Shown: piece after piece, positions 43,651 through 56,560 of the stretch
How positions within the stretch are numbered: the first letter of the stretch is position 1
How the letters are laid out: each line of letters opens with the position of its first letter
NCBI RefSeq assembly: GCF_009914755.1
Contig: NC_060925.1
Origin: the human T2T-CHM13v2.0 reference genome, Homo sapiens
DNA length: 64,000 nucleotides
Reading direction: 5' to 3' (one strand)
Translations under genes and position numbers: made by a program
The notes under the pieces: generated by a model
What the model was told of the DNA's origin: nothing
Databases searched by the model: none
The model's input: only the letters and a program-made list of their open reading frames with translations

Positions 43651-46600
43651 AGGGGGGACAAGATGGCCTACTAGACACAGGGAGGAAGTACCATTCACAC
43701 TGAGAGAGACCATATTATTGAGTAAACCACCTTAATTTGGGCAGATCTTCAAAGAGAAAAAGCTGAGAGTGAATGGAAAGGCGACACTGAAGCTGAGCAT
43801 GAAGGTGGGGAAGCTGGGAACACTGTGTAGGTTAACTGAACCCTAGGACTAGTTCCTGGCCCTTAAGAGCTCCTGGGAAAGAGGTGAATGAAGGACCTGA
43901 GGGACAGCTCACTTTCACCACTGACCCCTAGGATCCTAGTTACTCGTCTGCTGTGGACATGCGAGCTGGCAGAGGGATCTTGCTGGGGATAGGCAGAGAC
44001 TAATTTTCAGATGTTGCAGAGCCTGGGAGTTTTTGTGGGCTGGGTAGCTCTGTCAGAGAGTGACCATAGATGTCTTTTCCCTAGGGTTCCCCATCCCCCT
44101 TCAGGAAGTGCCAGCCCCAACTGACCTCTGAGCCAGAAAAGAGTGGGGCTGGCTTCGCCATGGAACAGGGGCACATCTGTTGTGCAAGCTCGCCTGTCGA
44201 CTGCCCCTCCTTGGACACATGCCTAGCTGCCCCGCATGATTGAGTGCACAGTGTAGCATCTGCAGCCTAGCCTGAGTGCATTGTTTCACCTTATTTCTTT
44301 TCCTAGTGGCCCAGAAACACTTGTAATTCCTCAGCACAGCTGGAACCTGACCCCAAGCTGCGGGACATCTGGGTACCCCCAGAGCTCCAGCCTGCAGCCA
44401 AGATCTGTGGCCAGCACATGAGCTGGGGAGGAGACTGTATGTACCCTTAGAACACTGAGGGGGCGACACGCATGGGTTCCTGGACCAGGGTGGGAACCAG
44501 ACATGCATTTCTCCTTAAACAGGGCCTGTCCAGAAGGGGTTTGGCATATCTCTCTGTTGCAGCCTCTGCCTGGGGGGCCTGGCAGCCCGGAACACCTAAC
44601 AAAAGAAACTCAGGCATGGGCGCCCATGATTGGAGGGAGCTCCCCCAAGTGGACCTGGTGAGGCCATCTCTTCTCCTTCCCCTCTCCCCATCCCTGACTT
44701 CCCCACTGCAGTGCACACCTGTGAAAGTGAGGAAGTACCAAAGAGTTGTGTGGCTGGGTATTAGCCTAGCTACTGGCCATTACTCTTAAGTGCCAGCTAC
44801 TGGATTGTAGCCCAAACTGCAACACCAAAAATCTGCTGATATATACACCTGTGAAACCAAGTGCAAGTGTTTACCTAAAGATGTTGTACGGAGCCCTAGT
44901 CCTCTGAAAGCACCCAGAATTGAAGCTAACTGACTATATACAGTTAACACTGCAGAACACCAACCCTCCAAGATGAGAGTCAGTGCTAGAACTCTGGCAA
45001 TTCAAAAAGCCAAAGTGTCCCCCTACCTCCAAATGAATCTACTAGTTCCCCAGCAATGGTTCTTAACCAGTTTGAAATGACTGAAATAACAGTCATAGAA
45101 TTCAGAATCTGGATAGAAGGGATGCTCATTGAGATTCAGGAGATAGTTGAAACACAATCTAAGGAATCCAGTAAGATGATCAAGGAGCTGAAAGAGGAAA
45201 TAACCATTTTAAGAAAGAACCAACTGAACTTCTAGACCTGAAGAACTCACTACAAAAATTTTATAATACAATCAGAAGTATTAACAGCAGAATAGAACAA
45301 ACTGAGGAAAGAATCTTAGACTTTGAAGATTGTTTCTTCAAGGCAACTCAGACAAAAACGAAGAAAAAAGAATTTTTTAAAACTGAAAAAAACCTCTGAG
45401 AAATATGGGATTATGTAAAGTGATTAAATCTAAGACTCATTGGCATTCCTGAGAGAGAAGGAGAGAGAAAAATAACTTGGAAAATATACTTGAGGATATA
45501 ATCCATGAAAATTTCCCTAATCTTGCTAGAGGTTGACATGTTAATCCAATAAATACAGAGAACACCAGCTAGATACTATAGACAGGAACCGTCACCAAAG
45601 CACATAGCCATCAGATTCACCAAGGTCAACATTAAAGAAAAAATCTTAAAGGCAGCTAGAAAGAAGGGTCAAGTCACATACAGAGGGAACCTCATTAGGT
45701 TAGCAGCAGACCTCTCAGTAGAAACCTCACTAGCCAGAAGAAATTGGGGGCCTATTTTCAACATCCATAGAGAAAAGGAATTCCAGCTAAGAATTTCATC
45801 TCTTACCAAACTAAGCTTCATAAGTGAAAGAGAAATAAAATCTTCATCAGATTTTAAGCAAATGCTGAGGAAATTTGTTTCAACTAGACCAGCCATATAA
45901 GAAGTCTTTAAGGGAGTGCTAAACATGGAATCGTAAGAACAATATCTGATACCACAAAAACACACTTAAGTACGTAGCTCACAGGTACTATAAAGCAACT
46001 ATGCAATCAGTTCTACCTAACAACCAGCTAACAAGATGATGACAAGATGAAAATCATACATATCAATACTAACCTTGAATGTAAATACACTAAAACCCCA
46101 CTTAAAAGACACAGAGTGGCAAGGTGGATAAAAAGAGAAAGCTCAACCATCTGTTGTCTTCAACAGAACCATCTCACCTCTTGTGACACCTGTAGGCGCA
46201 AAGGAAAGGGATGGAGAAAGATATGCAAACAGAAACCAAAAAAAGAGCAGAAGTCACTATTCTTATATCAGATAAAACATATGTTAAGCCAATAAAAATT
46301 AAGAACAATGAAGGACATTACATAATGATGAAAAGTACAATCCAACAAGAAGACTTAATTATCCTAAATACATAGACACCAAACATTGGAGCACCCAGAT
46401 TCATAAAACCAGTTCTTCTTGTCCTACGAAAAGACATATAGACAACCACGTAATAATAGGGTGAGACTTCAACACCCCACTGACAGTGTTAGATCATCAA
46501 GGCAGAAAACTAACAATGAAACTCCGGACTTAAACTCAGCATTTGACCAATTGGACCTCATAGACATCTACAGAACACTCCACCCAACAACTACAGAGTA

Positions 46601-48750
46601 TACATTCTTCTCATATGCATACTGAACATATTCTAAGAGCCAGCACCTGCTCAGTCATAAAACAAATCTCAGTAAATTCAAAAAAACTCAAATCATACCA
46701 GCCATATTCTCAGACCACAATACAGTAAAAATAGAAATCAGTATAAGGAAGATCTCTCAAAACTGCACAAGTACATGGAAATTAAACAACTTACTCTTGA
46801 AACTCCTGTGGGAACGTTGAAATTAAGGCAGAAATAAATTATTTGAAATTAATGAAAATGGAGACACATCTTACTAGAATCTCTGGGATGCAGCTAAAGT
46901 AGTTTTAAGAGAACAGTTTATAGCCCTAAATGCCTTCATCAAAAATTTAGAAAGATCTCAAATGAGCAATCTACCCTTGCACCTAAAGGAACTAGAAAAG
47001 AAGAAAAAATACCAACCCAAAGCTAGCCGAAGAAAAGAAAGAACTAAAATTAGAGAAGAATTTAATGAAATTGAGCTACAATAATCCATACAAAAGATCA
47101 ATGAAATCAAGAGTTGGTTCCTTGAAAAATTAAACAAGACTCATAGACTGCTAGCTAGATTAACAAATACAGTTGGAAATGACAAAGATGGCAGTATAAC
47201 TGATCCCACAGTAATACAAAAGATCCTCGGAGAATGATGTGAACAACTCTAATGCACACAAATTAGAAAATCTAGAGGAAGTGTATAAAATCCTGGAAAC
47301 ATGCAGTCTTCCAAGATTGAATAAGAAAGAGATTGAAATCCTGAACAGATCAATATAAAGATCTGAATTTGAATCAATAATAAAAACTCTACTAACCAAA
47401 ACAAAAAAGACCTGGACCAGGTGGATTCACAGCCAAATTCTAACAGACACACAGAGAAAAACTGGTGCCAATCCTACTGAAACTATTCCAGGAAATCAAG
47501 GAGGAGGGACTCCTCCCTAACTCATTCTACAAAGCCAGCATCACCCTAATACCAAAACCTGGCAAAGACACAACAAAAAAAGAAAACTTCAGGCCAGTAT
47601 CCTGAACATATTGATGAACATAGACACGAAAATCCTCGGCAAAATACTAGCAAATCTAATTCAGCAGCATATCAAAAAGTTAATTTACGATGATTAAGTA
47701 GCCTTCTTTCCTGGGATGCAAGGTTGTTCCAACATACATAAATCAAAAAATGTGATTCACTGCATGAACAGAATCAAAAGCAAAATCCACATGATCATCT
47801 CAATCGACACAGAAAAAGCTTTAGATAAAATCCAGTATCCCTTCATGACAAAAACCCTCACCAAACTAGGCATCAAAGGAACATACCTCAAAATAATGAG
47901 TCATCTATGCCAGACTCATAGCCAACATCATACTGAGTGGGCAAAAGCTAGAACCTTTCTCCTTGAGAACTGGAACAAGACAAGAATGTCTACTCTTAAC
48001 ACTCTTCTTCAACACAGAACTGAAAGTCCTAGCCAGAGCAATCAGGCAAGGGAAAAATAAAAGGCATCCAGATAGGGAAAAAAAGAAAAAAAAAAGTCAA
48101 ATGGCTTCTTTTTGCTGACGATATGATTCTACACGTAGAAAATCCTAAAGACTCCACCAAAAGGCTGCAAGAACTGATGAACAATTTTAGCAAGGTTTCA
48201 GGATATGAAATCAGTGTACAAAAATCAGTAGCATTTCTATACACCAATAATGCCTAGACTGAGAATCAAATGAAGAACACAATCTCATTCATAATAGCCA
48301 CACAAAAAATGAAATACCTGGGAATACATCTAACCAAGGAGGTGAAAGATCTCTATAAGGAATATTAAAAAACACTACTGAAAGAAATTGGAGATGATAC
48401 AAATAGAAAACACTCTATTCTCATGAATTGGAAGAATTAATATCGTTAAAATGGCCACACTGCCCAGTGCAATCTACAGGTTCAATGCTATCACTATTAA
48501 ACTACCAATGTAATTCTTCACAGAATTAAAAAAAGGCTATTCTAAATTTCGTATGGAACGTTGGATACTCAGGGACATAAATATGAGAACAGTGGACACT
48601 GCAGACTACTACAGAGGGCATGGGGGCATGGGTTACAAAACTACCTATTGGGTACTGTGCTCACTACCTGGGTGCAATATAAATAACCATGTAACAGGCC
48701 TGTATATGTACCCCCCTGTATCTAAAATAAAAGTTGAAAGTAAAAATTTA
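43651..48750 (+). mobile_element. Old primate L1 (L1PA15-17-like) with 5'UTR, ORF1 and ORF2, and a ~1.2-1.3 kb internal deletion
   Basis: 5' GGGGGGACAAGATGGCC. Decayed ORF1 at about 45050-45970 and ORF2 from about 46040. ORF2 jumps at TTCGTATGGAAC (about 48558) to the 3'UTR, which ends CTAAAATAAAAGTTGAAA. Confidence 0.85.
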
Positions 48751-49064
48751 TTATTTAAAATTGCTTTATTACTCTGAAGTTGGATATTTTTTCAATTTTA
48801 ACGGTGATTTAACATTTAAGAATTCAACATTCTTCTTTGGTGACTACTCCATGGAAATTATTCTTGAAGATTTATAATGTTCTTTATTTAAAAAGTTAAA
48901 GGCTTTTTTGAGTAATTTTTTAAAACCATATGTTAAATTTTGCCGTCTTTTTTGTTTAACTTTGAATTTTGATTGCGTGTTTTTAAGACAGAGTTTTCAT
49001 ATTTGTACACAGGAAAAAAGTATTAATCATTTTTATTTCTAGGGTTTTTTTGTTTAATTTTATG

Positions 49065-50975
49065 TAGTATTTCTATACACCAATAATGAGTAGCTGAAAA
49101 AGGCCAAGAAGGCAATCACATTAACCACAGGTATGGAAAACAAAATAAAATAATAAAGTTAGCCATGGAGGTGAAAGACCTCTATAAGGAAGACTATGAA
49201 ACACTGATAAAAGAAATTGAAGAGGACCCAAACAAATGGAAAGCCATCCCGTGCTCATGGATTGGAAGAGTTAATATTATTAAAATGACCATATTACACA
49301 AAGTGGTCTACACATTCAGTGCAATCCCTGTCAGAATATCAATGTCATTTTTAACAGAAATAGAGAAAACAACTCTAGAATTTGTATAGAACTAAAAAAA
49401 ATACCCCAAATAGTCAAAACAGTCCCGAGCAAAAAGAATAAAGCTGGAAGCAGCATACTATCTGACTTCAAAATACAAGGCTATAGTAACAGAACAGCAT
49501 GATGTTGATATTAAAGCAGACACATAAACCAATGGAATAGAACAAAGAACCCAGAAATAAATCTATGTATTTATATCCAACTCATTTTGACAAAAGCCCC
49601 AAGAACATATTTTGTGGAAAGAACAGCCTCTTCAATAAATGGTGTTGGGAAATCTGGATATTCATATGCAGAAAAATGAAACTGTACTCCTCTCTCACCA
49701 TATACAAAAATGAACTCAAGATTGATTAAAGACTTAAAAGTAAGACCCGAAACTATAAAACTACTGAAAGAAAAAAGGAGAAATACTTCAGGACATTGGG
49801 TTAAGCAATATTTTATGGCTAAGACCTCAAAAGCACAAGCTAAAACCCCCCAAAATAGACAAATGGGACTATATTAAGCTAAAAAGCTTCTGCACAGCAA
49901 AGAAAACAACAGAGCAAAAAGACAACATGTTGAATGGGAGAAAATATAAAGTATTAGCAGGAACTTATTTGACAAGGAACTTATTTGCAGAATTTACAAG
50001 AAACTCAGTGGCAGAAAAGTAAATAATCCCATTAAAAAGTGGGCAAAGGAGATGAATAGACATTTCTGAAAAGACAGTTTCATATCACTGATCATCAGGG
50101 AAATGCAAACCAAAGCCACAACGAGGTATCATCTTACACCAGTTAAAATGGCTATTATCAAAAAGATAAAAAATAACAGATGTTGTCAAGGATGCAGAAA
50201 AGTGGGAATTCTTATACATGGTTGGAGAGAATGTAAATTAGTACAGCCACTATGGGAAACAGTATGGAGATATCTCAAAAAAGTAAAAATAGAACTACCA
50301 TACAATCCAGAAATCCTTCTACTGGGTATTTATCTGAGGGTGAAGAAATTAGTTTATCAGTGGGATACCTGCATCCATAGTTTCTTGCAGCACTATTCAC
50401 AATAGCAGAGATATGAAATCAATGTAAGTGTCCATTTTCCAATGAATGGATAAGAAAATGTGGTAAATTTACACAATGGAATACTATTCAGCCATAAAAA
50501 GAATGAAACCTTGTCATTTGCAGCAACATGAAAAGAACTAGAGGTCATTATGGTAAATGAAATAAGCCAGACACACACAGAAAGACATTGTATGCTCTCA
50601 CTCATATGTGGGAGCTAAAAAAGTGGATCTCATAGAGGTAGAGAGTAGAATAGTAAATATCAGAGGCTCAGAATGGTGTATATGGTAAGGATGGGGGAAT
50701 AAGAGGTTGGTTAATGCATATGAACATAGTTAAATAGAAGGAATAAGTTCTAATGTTCAGTAGCAGAGCAGGGTGACTAGTTAACAACAATATATTGTAT
50801 ATTTCAAAATCTAGAAGAGAGGACTTGAAATGTTCCCAGCACATGGAAATGATAAATACCTGAGGTGATGGATACCTTAAAGTACTCCAACTTGGTCATA
50901 ACACATTCTATTCTTGTAACAAAATATCAGATGTACCCCATGAATATGTGCAAAAATTATGTATTAATAAAAATG
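49065..50975 (+). mobile_element. L1MA-type 3' portion
   Basis: ORF2 peptides ([20 protein letters not shown]...IPCSWIGR) and 3'UTR ...CAAAATATCAGATGTACCCCATG...AATAAAA. Confidence 0.85.
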
Positions 50976-51139
50976 TTTTTAAAGTTATGATTTTATTTTT
51001 ATTTTACAGATATTTGCAAATGTATACAAACACTTTTTTGCTGTGGTGTATAAAGTATTTGCTTTAAAATTGTATATGTATATATTTACTGTTATCTCCC
51101 TATTTTAGTGTACAGTATTCTATATTTGTAAGTATTATA

Positions 51140-51325
51140 TTAGTCCAGACAATTGAATCCTGACTCTGCCACTTACGGCTTTGTGAATTTGGACAAATTC
51201 TTTCATCACATGTTTCGGTTTCCTTTTCTGCAAGGGTAGTAGAGTTGTTGTGAAACTTGAATGAAATTATACATGTAAAATACGTGGGATAGTGCATGAT
51301 GCAGAGTAAGCCTTGAATTACTTTT
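51140..51325 (+). mobile_element. MIR SINE
   Basis: TGAATCCTGACTCTGCCACTTAC...TGTGAATTTGGACAA...ATGAAATTATACATGTAAA. Confidence 0.7.
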
Positions 51326-51386
51326 GTTGTAATTTTTATTAGACTTGCCAAAGTATGTTCATCTTATTTTAGTCCTTTGTCCTCAT

Positions 51387-51389
<3 letters not shown>

Positions 51390-51423
<34 letters not shown>
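51390..51423. repeat. (CA)n microsatellite, about 17 units
   Basis: Perfect CA run. Confidence 0.97.
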
Positions 51424-51426
<3 letters not shown>

Positions 51427-51540
51427 TAAGAAAATGTTCTTAGATACTTCTGTTGCTTTTATCGAATTTAATTTATTGCTGCTTTTCTTTTTATTATGTT
51501 CTCCTCCTACTTTCATTAGGGCTGTTTTATGCCTTCTTTT

Positions 51541-51806
51541 TTTTTTTTTTTTTTTGAGATAGAGTCTCACTGTGTCACCCAGGCTGGAGTGCAGTGGTGC
51601 GATCTCGGCTCACTGCAACCTCTGCCCTCCGAGTCAAGTGATTCTCCTGCCTCAGCCTCCCTAGTAGCTGGGATTAGAGGCGCCTGCCACCGCGCCAGGC
51701 TAATTTTTTGTATTTTTAGTAGAGACGGGGTTTCACCATCTTGGCCAGGCTGGTCTTGATCTCCTGACCTTGTGATCCACCCACCTCGGCCTCCCAAAGT
51801 GCTGGG
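51541..51806 (-). mobile_element. 5'-truncated Alu (Sx3-like)
   Basis: TSD ATGCCTTCTTTT (51529, 51807) and CACCATCTTGGCC diagnostic. Confidence 0.9.
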
Positions 51807-52469
51807 ATGCCTTCTTTTTAAAACTTGTTTCTGCGTGCCTCATAGTTTTCATCCTTTTGTGATTAAAAACACATTATTTTAAGACTGAATTATGTTTTTC
51901 ATTAACCTCTGAAGAATGAAGTTTTATTGTTAAAATAATAAAGGACTCTTGTTTTCACTGAGGCTCATGGAGGCTAGAATTGAATGTTGTTTTGAATCCA
52001 GGGCATCCTAAAACCTCTTTAGTGCTGAAAATAAAACAAGCAGCTTTGCTGTGTTCCTAATTTTAAAGTTAATACTTTTGAATTGTAATATATTTTCATG
52101 AATTTTTTTGCTATATTATTTTGGCTGATTTCCTTTATCAGGCTAAGTAAGTTACCTTCCAGCTCAAATTTGCTAATTTTTTTTTAATTATAGGTTGCTA
52201 TTGAGGTTTCTTAATAACTTTTTTTTTTGCCCTGTTGAAAGGATGTCTTGACTCCTTTACTTTGTTAGTGTGATGAATTCTATCAGTTGATTTTCTAATG
52301 TTACATTATTTTTACATAGTGGGGATAAATCTAACTCTGTCTTGATGTATTTCTCCATATATTTCTGGATTTGGGTTTTAGTATTTATATTTTACATTTA
52401 TATTCATCATTTTAAATTACATTTATATTCATAATTATTGCCTAGCAATCTATCCCAAATATCAGCTGG

Positions 52470-53000
52470 CTTCCTGCCTTTTGAAGCGTACATGCTAGTA
52501 TGGGAAGACAGATAACAAATGATATAAAAAGTAATAAATTATTTGGTATTTTAGAAGATAAGAGATACAAAAAATAAGCCAGGGAAAAGGTGAGGTATGG
52601 GTGTTAATGGGTTGCATTTTAAAATAGGGTTGACAGAGTTGCTCTTATTAAGAAAGTAATGTTTAAGCAAAGACTCGAAGGAGGTGAAAGAATCAGTTAT
52701 GTGAATATCTGGGAAAATGCCATCAAAGCAGAGGGGGAACATCCAGGGAAAAACAACCTGGCTAATATGTGAGAAACATCAAGGCCGACTGTGGAATGAA
52801 CTAGTAGGGAAGTGGTAGGAAATGAGGTCAGAGTAGTCATAGAGAGCCAGATCATGCAGGAAATGAGGAGCCATTGGAAGGTTTTGACCAGAGGACAGTC
52901 AGTTCTGATTTACATTTTGAAGGGCTCATTCTGGACACTGTGATAAGATTAGACTGAGAGGGACAAGATTATAAGTGGGTCATTCAGATAGCAGCTCTCG
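52470..53000 (-). mobile_element. L2 fragment
   Basis: GGAAGACAGA...TTTAAGCAAAGACTCGAAGGAGGTGA...GAGGTCAGAG...GAGCCAGATCATGCAGG...GCCATTGGAAGGTTTTG. Confidence 0.7.
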
Positions 53001-53059
53001 CAGACTGGAATGATTCACCAGGTATCACCATAACCAAGATAAACTGCCCATAAGAACTA

Positions 53060-54270
53060 TACATTTTTTTAGTTCTTTTTAAATTTTGAAACAAAATGAA
53101 GAATAATACTTAAAAGCAAGCACCTATGTAACCAGAACCCAGGTAGAGAAGTAGAATGCCGCCATTTCTTCAAAAGCCCCCGTGCACTCTTCCTGAGTAT
53201 TATCCCTTTTCTGCTTGCTTTTATGGACATTAATATTTTTTTCTTTAAGTTTTACCACCTAAGTACACATCCTTGAAAGATTAGTTTTGCCTGTTTTGAA
53301 CTTTATATTGGAATCTTTATATTGGAATCTTGTCCCTTCTGCCTTGCTGCTTTTGCTTAACCTCATATTTCCAAGATTCAGTTTTTTGCATGTAACTATT
53401 ATTCATTCATTTTTATGGCTACATAATTTTCTAGTGTATGACTATATACCCATGATTTTTTTTTCTGTACTGTTGAGTCTCAGATTTTTATCGTCTGAAA
53501 GATTTCCAATTGCTCCACTTCCTAACGAATACTTCATATTACAAGATCTAAATTTTGGCCATTCTGGAATAGTGATACTGCATTATGATGTAATTTGAAG
53601 TTTTCTGATACATAACAAAGTTGAACACCTTTTCATACATTTATTGGCCATTTTTGTTTTATCCTTCATGATAAGCCTGATCAGGACTTTGCCCATTTTT
53701 TTACTGTGCTGTCTTTAAAAAAATGTTTTTACACATTTTTTATGTATTTAGATATGAGCCTTTTCCTCCTGATTATGTGTTGCAAATACATTATTCCATA
53801 TAATATATTATTGGGCTTGCCTAGTCATTATATCTTTTGATGATCAGAAATTTTAAATTTTAATGTAATAAAATTTATCAGTATTCTCTTGTGTGATTTA
53901 TGCTTTTTATGTCTTGTTTAGTAAGAAATCCCTTGCCTTGGGATCATGAAGAAAAGTATTTGTATTTTTTTCTACAAAATTGATTGGCTAAAGCATTTCA
54001 CATTTAGATCTATAGTCTATCTAGAATTGGTTTGTATGTAAATTCATTTTTCCCTTATATCCTCGATTTTCCAAGCACAATGCATTCAAAACATGATCCC
54101 TCACTCACCCACTGCTCTGCAGCCAACTTTGTCATACATCAGAATCCATGTGTGCAAGTGTCTGTGTCTGGCCTTTTGGTCTGTTATCTATTCCTGTGCC
54201 AATATCATCTAGTTTTAATTATTCTACTTTTAAAATAATTCTTGGTATCTGGTAGAGTTTCCTCCCTTTA
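53060..54270 (-). mobile_element. Old L1ME-type fragment
   Basis: TTGCCTGTTTTGAACTTTATA, CAATTGCTCCAC, GTTGAACACCTTTTCATACATTTATTGGCCATT. Confidence 0.6.
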
Positions 54271-54519
54271 GTTTTCATTCTGTGCCTGCCAAGAAACCTT
54301 TTAATTACTGTTTCAGCTTTTCAGGTACTCTAATACCAGGAAGATGTGTGTGTCCTGATTTCACATTCTGTTAACATTTCTGTTATTCTAATGGAGTTTT
54401 CTCCAGTTTAAATTTTATGTTGTTCATATATCCGCTGCCATTTGAATTTATTTGGATACTGTGTAACAGGATCTAACAGCTAGATTTTTTACCTCTATTC
54501 ATTTTTTTTCCTCACATAG

Positions 54520-54569
54520 GCCCTCTAGGCCCTGAAAAAAGACAAGTTTTTGGTCTTCTAAAAGTGAGG
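54520..54569 (+). other. Candidate 50-nt cryptic or alternative exon
   Basis: Branch-like CTAAC at 54473, long pyrimidine tract, CATAG|G acceptor and AGG|GTAAGA donor. Confidence 0.35.
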
Positions 54570-55129
54570 GTAAGACAGTAGACAATGATGAACTCATCAA
54601 AGATCATACTGTTCTGGAAAGCAGCTTGCTGACCAGTCACTTGCTGGCAATGCTTCTTAACTTGCTCTCTTTAAGCCATTGCATTATATTCTTTAGCAGG
54701 ATTAGGAAACCAGTTTCCCTTTTAAAATGCATTAAATATTGCCAAATCCTTACAAATAATTGGTTTTAATATTTTTTCCCACATAAATTTAATTTTATTC
54801 ACAAATGATTTATTTTTTTAACAAATGCTGTTTCTGTTTGTTTTATTCTGCTTTTTAATTTTTTTTCCTTATTGTGAAAGTCTCCAAATGTATTCTTTAC
54901 TAGGTGTTCTCAATTTTACTTTGAAATTGGAGACCATAATTGCTTTCATCAGAATCAGATAGCATAATAGAATGATTAGTTTTCACCAGTTAGAAACATT
55001 ATACTGCTGATTTCTGTTTGACTCGTATTATATTATTTTAATTTTTTTCCTGACACATTTTACTGAGCCAACATTTTCATTAACATTTATTAGTGTTTGG
55101 CTCCTAATGGTGTAGTAACCTTGAAATTA

Positions 55130-55330
55130 TCCATATTGAATTTCACTTTGTTTTGATGTGTTATTTCTTTAATATATTGAGGTCCTTAGTGTATCTTTCT
55201 TTCTTTCAGAGAATTAGCAATCATGCCCTACCTAGTATTCCTAGGACCTTCTACAAAATTAATGAACATATTCTCAATTCCTTTATTCAGGTCATTGGTA
55301 AAGGTATTAAGTAACACGGGTTTATATATC
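55130..55330 (-). mobile_element. L3/CR1 LINE relic
   Basis: AAAATTAATGAACATATTCTC...ATTCAGGTCATTGGTAAAGGTATTAAGTAACAC resembles antisense CR1 RT sequence. Confidence 0.45.
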
Positions 55331-55789
55331 TCCCAAAATACCTAACTAAGATGGATACCACTGAAAGACGTGTCATGGTATACCACCAAATTTTACATCT
55401 CTTAATTTCATCATACATCTCTTAATTTCATCATTTCATTGCTTATCTTTTCTCTTTTTGATTGACAAATTCTTTCTTCAGTTAATGTTGATTTGGTGGC
55501 TGGTGACCCTTGTAGCACTACTTCTTACTTTATAACACCTTACTTATTGAAAAGTAGCTCCTACTTCATTTTAATTATTTAAAATTTGTATTTCAATCTC
55601 TAAGGACAGGACTCAAACTGTTTCTCACATGATTCTGCTCCAAAACTGCGATGCTTGTTCAGAGGTTACTCAGCAAATCTATCAGCAGCTGAACTTAAAG
55701 GATTGTATCTTTTCTCAAAGCTTTTAGAGTAGTTTTTCTTTAAAATTTCAAATATATTTGCTTTTACTATATCTGATACAGATATCATA

Positions 55790-56560
55790 TCAACAAAAAG
55801 GTAGAATGATATCATTTTGCAAATGGAGCTACACATTTTTTATTCTAGATGCATTGAGAATGCAAGTGAGTAGAACATTCCAGTTGCTATATTCAGGTGG
55901 GAGCACAGTATGATGTTGATGTTGAGCTCTTGTCATCACTAACTGAACTATGCCGGACTCATTTATTTAGTGGATAAGAAAACATGATATGCTGGTAAGG
56001 TTAGATGAAGCTTTGATTGCCTATGTATGTGTTCATACACAGTAAATCTATTGAACCATTCAATGTTTTCAGCAAAAGCTACTTCTCTTCAAAATGGATC
56101 AGGCTTAGTAGGGGAAAGATGGTTTTAGAGTGAGCAAACAATGTTTTGATCATTTCAAGAAGAGAACCAGGTGTCCTAATATTAAAATTTGAGAGGAAGA
56201 TGGTGTCTCTCTGAGAGATTTGAATGAAACTGCTTGGTATTTATCAGAATTTTGATGGGTTTGAACTAAATCTTGAAATAAGCTTATCTAAAACTGTAGT
56301 TGACATCACAGATTGGCTTTAACCAGAATATTCCCCTGCAATTGGTGTTGAATTCAAAATCTTACTCATAGTAGCTCAGCATGAAGATCTTATTGAAAAG
56401 AAAGAAAGAATCATTGAAAAAGTAAAGGAGAGGAAGCAGTGACCTTAGATATTGTCCATGCCGTTTCTCATTTAGATAATTGTGAAGGAATCCATACACA
56501 TTGAATAGGTAATGAAAAAAATTGAGACAATTCGTTGTTCAAAAGAATGACTATGCTTTG
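55790..56560 (+). mobile_element. Decayed Tigger/pogo (TIGD1-like) transposase relic, DDE domain deleted
   Basis: Hand translation across frameshifts gives IRKHDMLVRLDEALIAYV, LNHSMFSAKATSL, FRVSKQCFDHFKKRTRCPNIKI*EE (CENP-B-type HTH), then *MKLLGIYQNFDGFE...VVDITDWL (TIGD1-like C-terminus). Confidence 0.7.
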
